The notes beneath the pieces are model-generated. The model saw nothing but the letters and a program-made list of their open reading frames with translations. It was not told the origin of the DNA and did not search any database. DNA of 43,939 nt from Euryarchaeota archaeon UBA550 (GTDB lineage Archaea; Thermoplasmatota; Poseidoniia; Poseidoniales; Poseidoniaceae). The position numbers and the translations under genes were made by a program. Below are positions 41,918-43,939 of the stretch, one piece after another. The stretch lies in contig DAYA01000075.1 in assembly GCA_002506705.1 (NCBI GenBank), positions 1 through 43,939 on the forward strand. The letters run 5' to 3'. Position 1 is the first letter of the stretch. Every line of letters starts with the position of its first letter.

Positions 41918-43939
41918 TTATCTGCCCATCACAGCAGTATGTACCATCATCTGTACTTCCCGCATTCTAGTCTGGGCACCTAATTCTCTGAAAACCGATA
42001 ATGCTCTCTGAAGGTATTCCATCCTACGTTGTCTATCTGGGGCAACTCCGCCTAATCTCGCTAGTAGTTCACCGATTTGCATTCTCAAATCGTTTGCTTC
42101 GGAGATAACTAGTGCTTCTCGGTATCTCTCCAACGCTTCTTCGATTCTACCGCTGTCTTGGAGAACCTCGCCCAACAAAATTGATACTTCCACCAAGGCA
42201 AGCGGGTCTCCTGCTTCTCCCATTGTTGATAGGGCATCTGTATAGTGATGCAAAGCCAAATCAGAATCGCCAGTCTTTGCGTAATATCTTCCAAGAACAG
42301 CTCTAGCTCTTGCATGTAATATTGCATCATCACTTGATTCAGACCTCTCATAGGAGGATAAAGCGTGGTCTCTTGCTCTATCACTCTCACCCAAATCTAG
42401 TAACGCTCTAGCCAATACAATCTGAGCAGGAATTAATTCTGAAGAATCATTACTAGAAAGAATGCTCTCGACTTCACCATAAGCCTCCAATGCCTTTGCT
42501 TTGTCTCCGTTTCTTCGGAGGATATAGCCCATGTTGTTGTAAGAGCGAGCAGCCCCTATTGCGTCGCCCATGGATATGAATAATTCCAGAGCATTTCTGT
42601 GCATTCCAAGGCTTCCTTCTGAATCGCCTCTCTTCAGAGCAATGTCTGCTAAATTCGAAACAATGTCTGCGATAACGTCGTCTAAACCTGCTGCTTCGGC
42701 TGGTGGTTTCGCTTGGTTGAATGCTTCCTCAGCTTCATCGAAACGACCGAGAAGGGCTAGTACTTCTCCCCTGAGTCTATCGACCCTACATGCGCTGTCT
42801 GCACCTACTGATTTTGTATCGATGGATTCCAATAGGCCCAACAATTCAATGTGTCCTTCTTTGATTAAGTCTCTACCTTGCTCTACCACTAATTTTGTAG
42901 CATCTTCGTGCCTTGAAGAAGAAATTAGATGGTAGATTAACTCAAGAGCAATTTGGCTTGATTTGGTTTGTTTACTGTACCAAGCAACTGCTTTGTTGTG
43001 AAGATCTTCTCTGGATTGTTTGTCAAGACTTTGGAGAAGGAATTCTCTAATTAGATCGTGAACATCATAAGTGCCTGAATCAGCATTGCGTGCTAGACCA
43101 GATTCGACTAGTGAATCTAGTTCATCAGTATTCAGACCTTGTTCTGTTAGAGCCTCTAATTCGATAGGTTCACGGAACACAGATAGAGCCCCAAGTAATC
43201 TCTTCTGCTCACCCGAAAGTTTTGAGAAAATCTCGATATTTACATAATTTTCAAGAGATTCATGGAACGCACCTGCTGATGCTCCACGGTTAATCAATTC
43301 CAAGACTAAAGGATGGCCTCTACTCAAGGAGTGTATGTACAGTAATTTTTCTTGGTCCAAGTCATCAAATGCAGAGAGTAGGGACCTTGTTGATTCTTGG
43401 TCCAATCCTTCTAGTGGCAGAACCAATGAAACAATTCTTCCGTCTGCATCCTTCAGAGGAACGACCTCCTTGAAGGAGCGAGAGAAGATTACCAGTCCAA
43501 CGTCACCTTCACACTCGACAAGACCTCTGGACAATGCTTGAATTGTTTGATGCAGAGTCTTATCACTCACTTTGTGGTAATCGTCGATTACGATTAGAGC
43601 GGGTGAATTAGCAAGAGAATCAACCATTATTCTTGCTGCATCAGCAGACTTTGGAACCGGAGTAGCAGAGATGTAATCTGCTAACATTGAATCTCCAATA
43701 TTCGATAACCAATCAGCAATGCTTTCCAAGAATGCTCGACTTCCCTCCCAATCCTGACATCTATGATACATCAAGTTCCTTCGATGCATAAATGATTCAA
43801 TCACTTTTGCTGCCATAGAAGTTTTTCCTATACCCGCTATTCCAGGTACCATCAAAGTCGTTGACCTTGCTTCAAGCAGGTTGACCATGTTTTCTAATTC
43901 GGTTGACCGACCATAGAAATGCCTCAATCTTGGCAAGTC
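41918..43939 (-). CDS. STAND-class NTPase (AAA_16/NB-ARC-like) with C-terminal TPR array; N-terminus outside the window
   Basis: FYGRSTELENM. Walker A PGIAGIGKTS (43820-43843). Walker B LIVIDDYH. GHPLVLEL (GxP motif). Roughly 280 aa of TPR-like repeats follow (ARSYNNMGYILRRNGDKAKALEAY and others). The frame stays open to position 43939 and the track start is only a TTG, so the true N-terminal (effector or DNA-binding) domain is not visible. Confidence 0.8.
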   Translation of the reverse strand, partial: DLPRLRHFYGRSTELENMVNLLEARSTTLMVPGIAGIGKTSMAAKVIESFMHRRNLMYHRCQDWEGSRAFLESIADWLSNIGDSMLADYISATPVPKSADAARIMVDSLANSPALIVIDDYHKVSDKTLHQTIQALSRGLVECEGDVGLVIFSRSFKEVVPLKDADGRIVSLVLPLEGLDQESTRSLLSAFDDLDQEKLLYIHSLSRGHPLVLELINRGASAGAFHESLENYVNIEIFSKLSGEQKRLLGALSVFREPIELEALTEQGLNTDELDSLVESGLARNADSGTYDVHDLIREFLLQSLDKQSREDLHNKAVAWYSKQTKSSQIALELIYHLISSSRHEDATKLVVEQGRDLIKEGHIELLGLLESIDTKSVGADSACRVDRLRGEVLALLGRFDEAEEAFNQAKPPAEAAGLDDVIADIVSNLADIALKRGDSEGSLGMHRNALELFISMGDAIGAARSYNNMGYILRRNGDKAKALEAYGEVESILSSNDSSELIPAQIVLARALLDLGESDRARDHALSSYERSESSDDAILHARARAVLGRYYAKTGDSDLALHHYTDALSTMGEAGDPLALVEVSILLGEVLQDSGRIEEALERYREALVISEANDLRMQIGELLARLGGVAPDRQRRMEYLQRALSVFRELGAQTRMREVQMMVHTAVMGR

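Noticed and set aside
41918-43939. Calling the STAND NTPase an Avs-type antiviral defence protein
   Set aside because: The diagnostic N-terminal effector domain lies outside the window. No other defence genes, such as restriction, CRISPR or toxin modules, are nearby. The ATPase-TPR core alone cannot distinguish a transcription regulator from an immune sensor.
24958-43939. Interpreting the surface-protein block as a horizontally acquired mobile island
   Set aside because: I could not see an integrase, transposase, flanking tRNA or direct repeats. SD and promoter styles match the housekeeping genes. A compositional shift could not be computed by eye, so no claim is made.

Overview
This window reads as a tightly packed archaeal chromosome segment with about 31 protein genes. 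I recognised no rRNA, tRNA, CRISPR array, transposase or integrase. All homology calls come from reading motifs by eye; no searches were run and GC was not computed.

Archaeal markers:
- type II archaeal GAPDH (partial, at the left edge and missing from the ORF track)
- archaeal PheRS beta and archaeal GluRS
- long-form uS15
- archaeosine synthase ArcS, with an exact PC-X3-KPY-X2-S-X2-H motif
- RecJ/Cdc45-like DHH protein next to rps15
- class III (prepilin-like) signal peptides
- a PGF-CTERM sorting signal

The gene packing and the many huge acidic surface proteins suggest a planktonic marine euryarchaeon (Poseidoniales/MGII-like). That placement is inference.

Positions 1-24.9 kb hold housekeeping genes: gap, a GltB-like GXGXG protein, pheT, rnhB, gltX, rps15, arcS, dnaJ, a GT2 glycosyltransferase, a UPF0201 protein and a PCP-NUDIX fusion. 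These are interleaved with membrane-anchored secreted proteins. One of those is a 3xFAS1 + cupredoxin + PGF-CTERM chimera, and two membrane proteins end in cytoplasmic zinc ribbons.

The most interesting region is 24958-43939. It contains:
- an 1895 aa secreted protein with more than 20 TSP3-type calcium-binding repeats around a beta-propeller
- a 1790 aa membrane-anchored giant protein in an SD-coupled operon with a 140 aa acidic protein and a lipobox metzincin
- a palindrome-rich divergent control region
- a YycJ-like MBL hydrolase
- three translationally coupled pilin-like genes with no assembly ATPase, platform protein or prepilin peptidase in view
- a convergent STAND NTPase-TPR regulator that runs off the window

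I propose this region as a candidate uncharacterised cell-surface adhesion or filament module. The function is inferred, not demonstrated.
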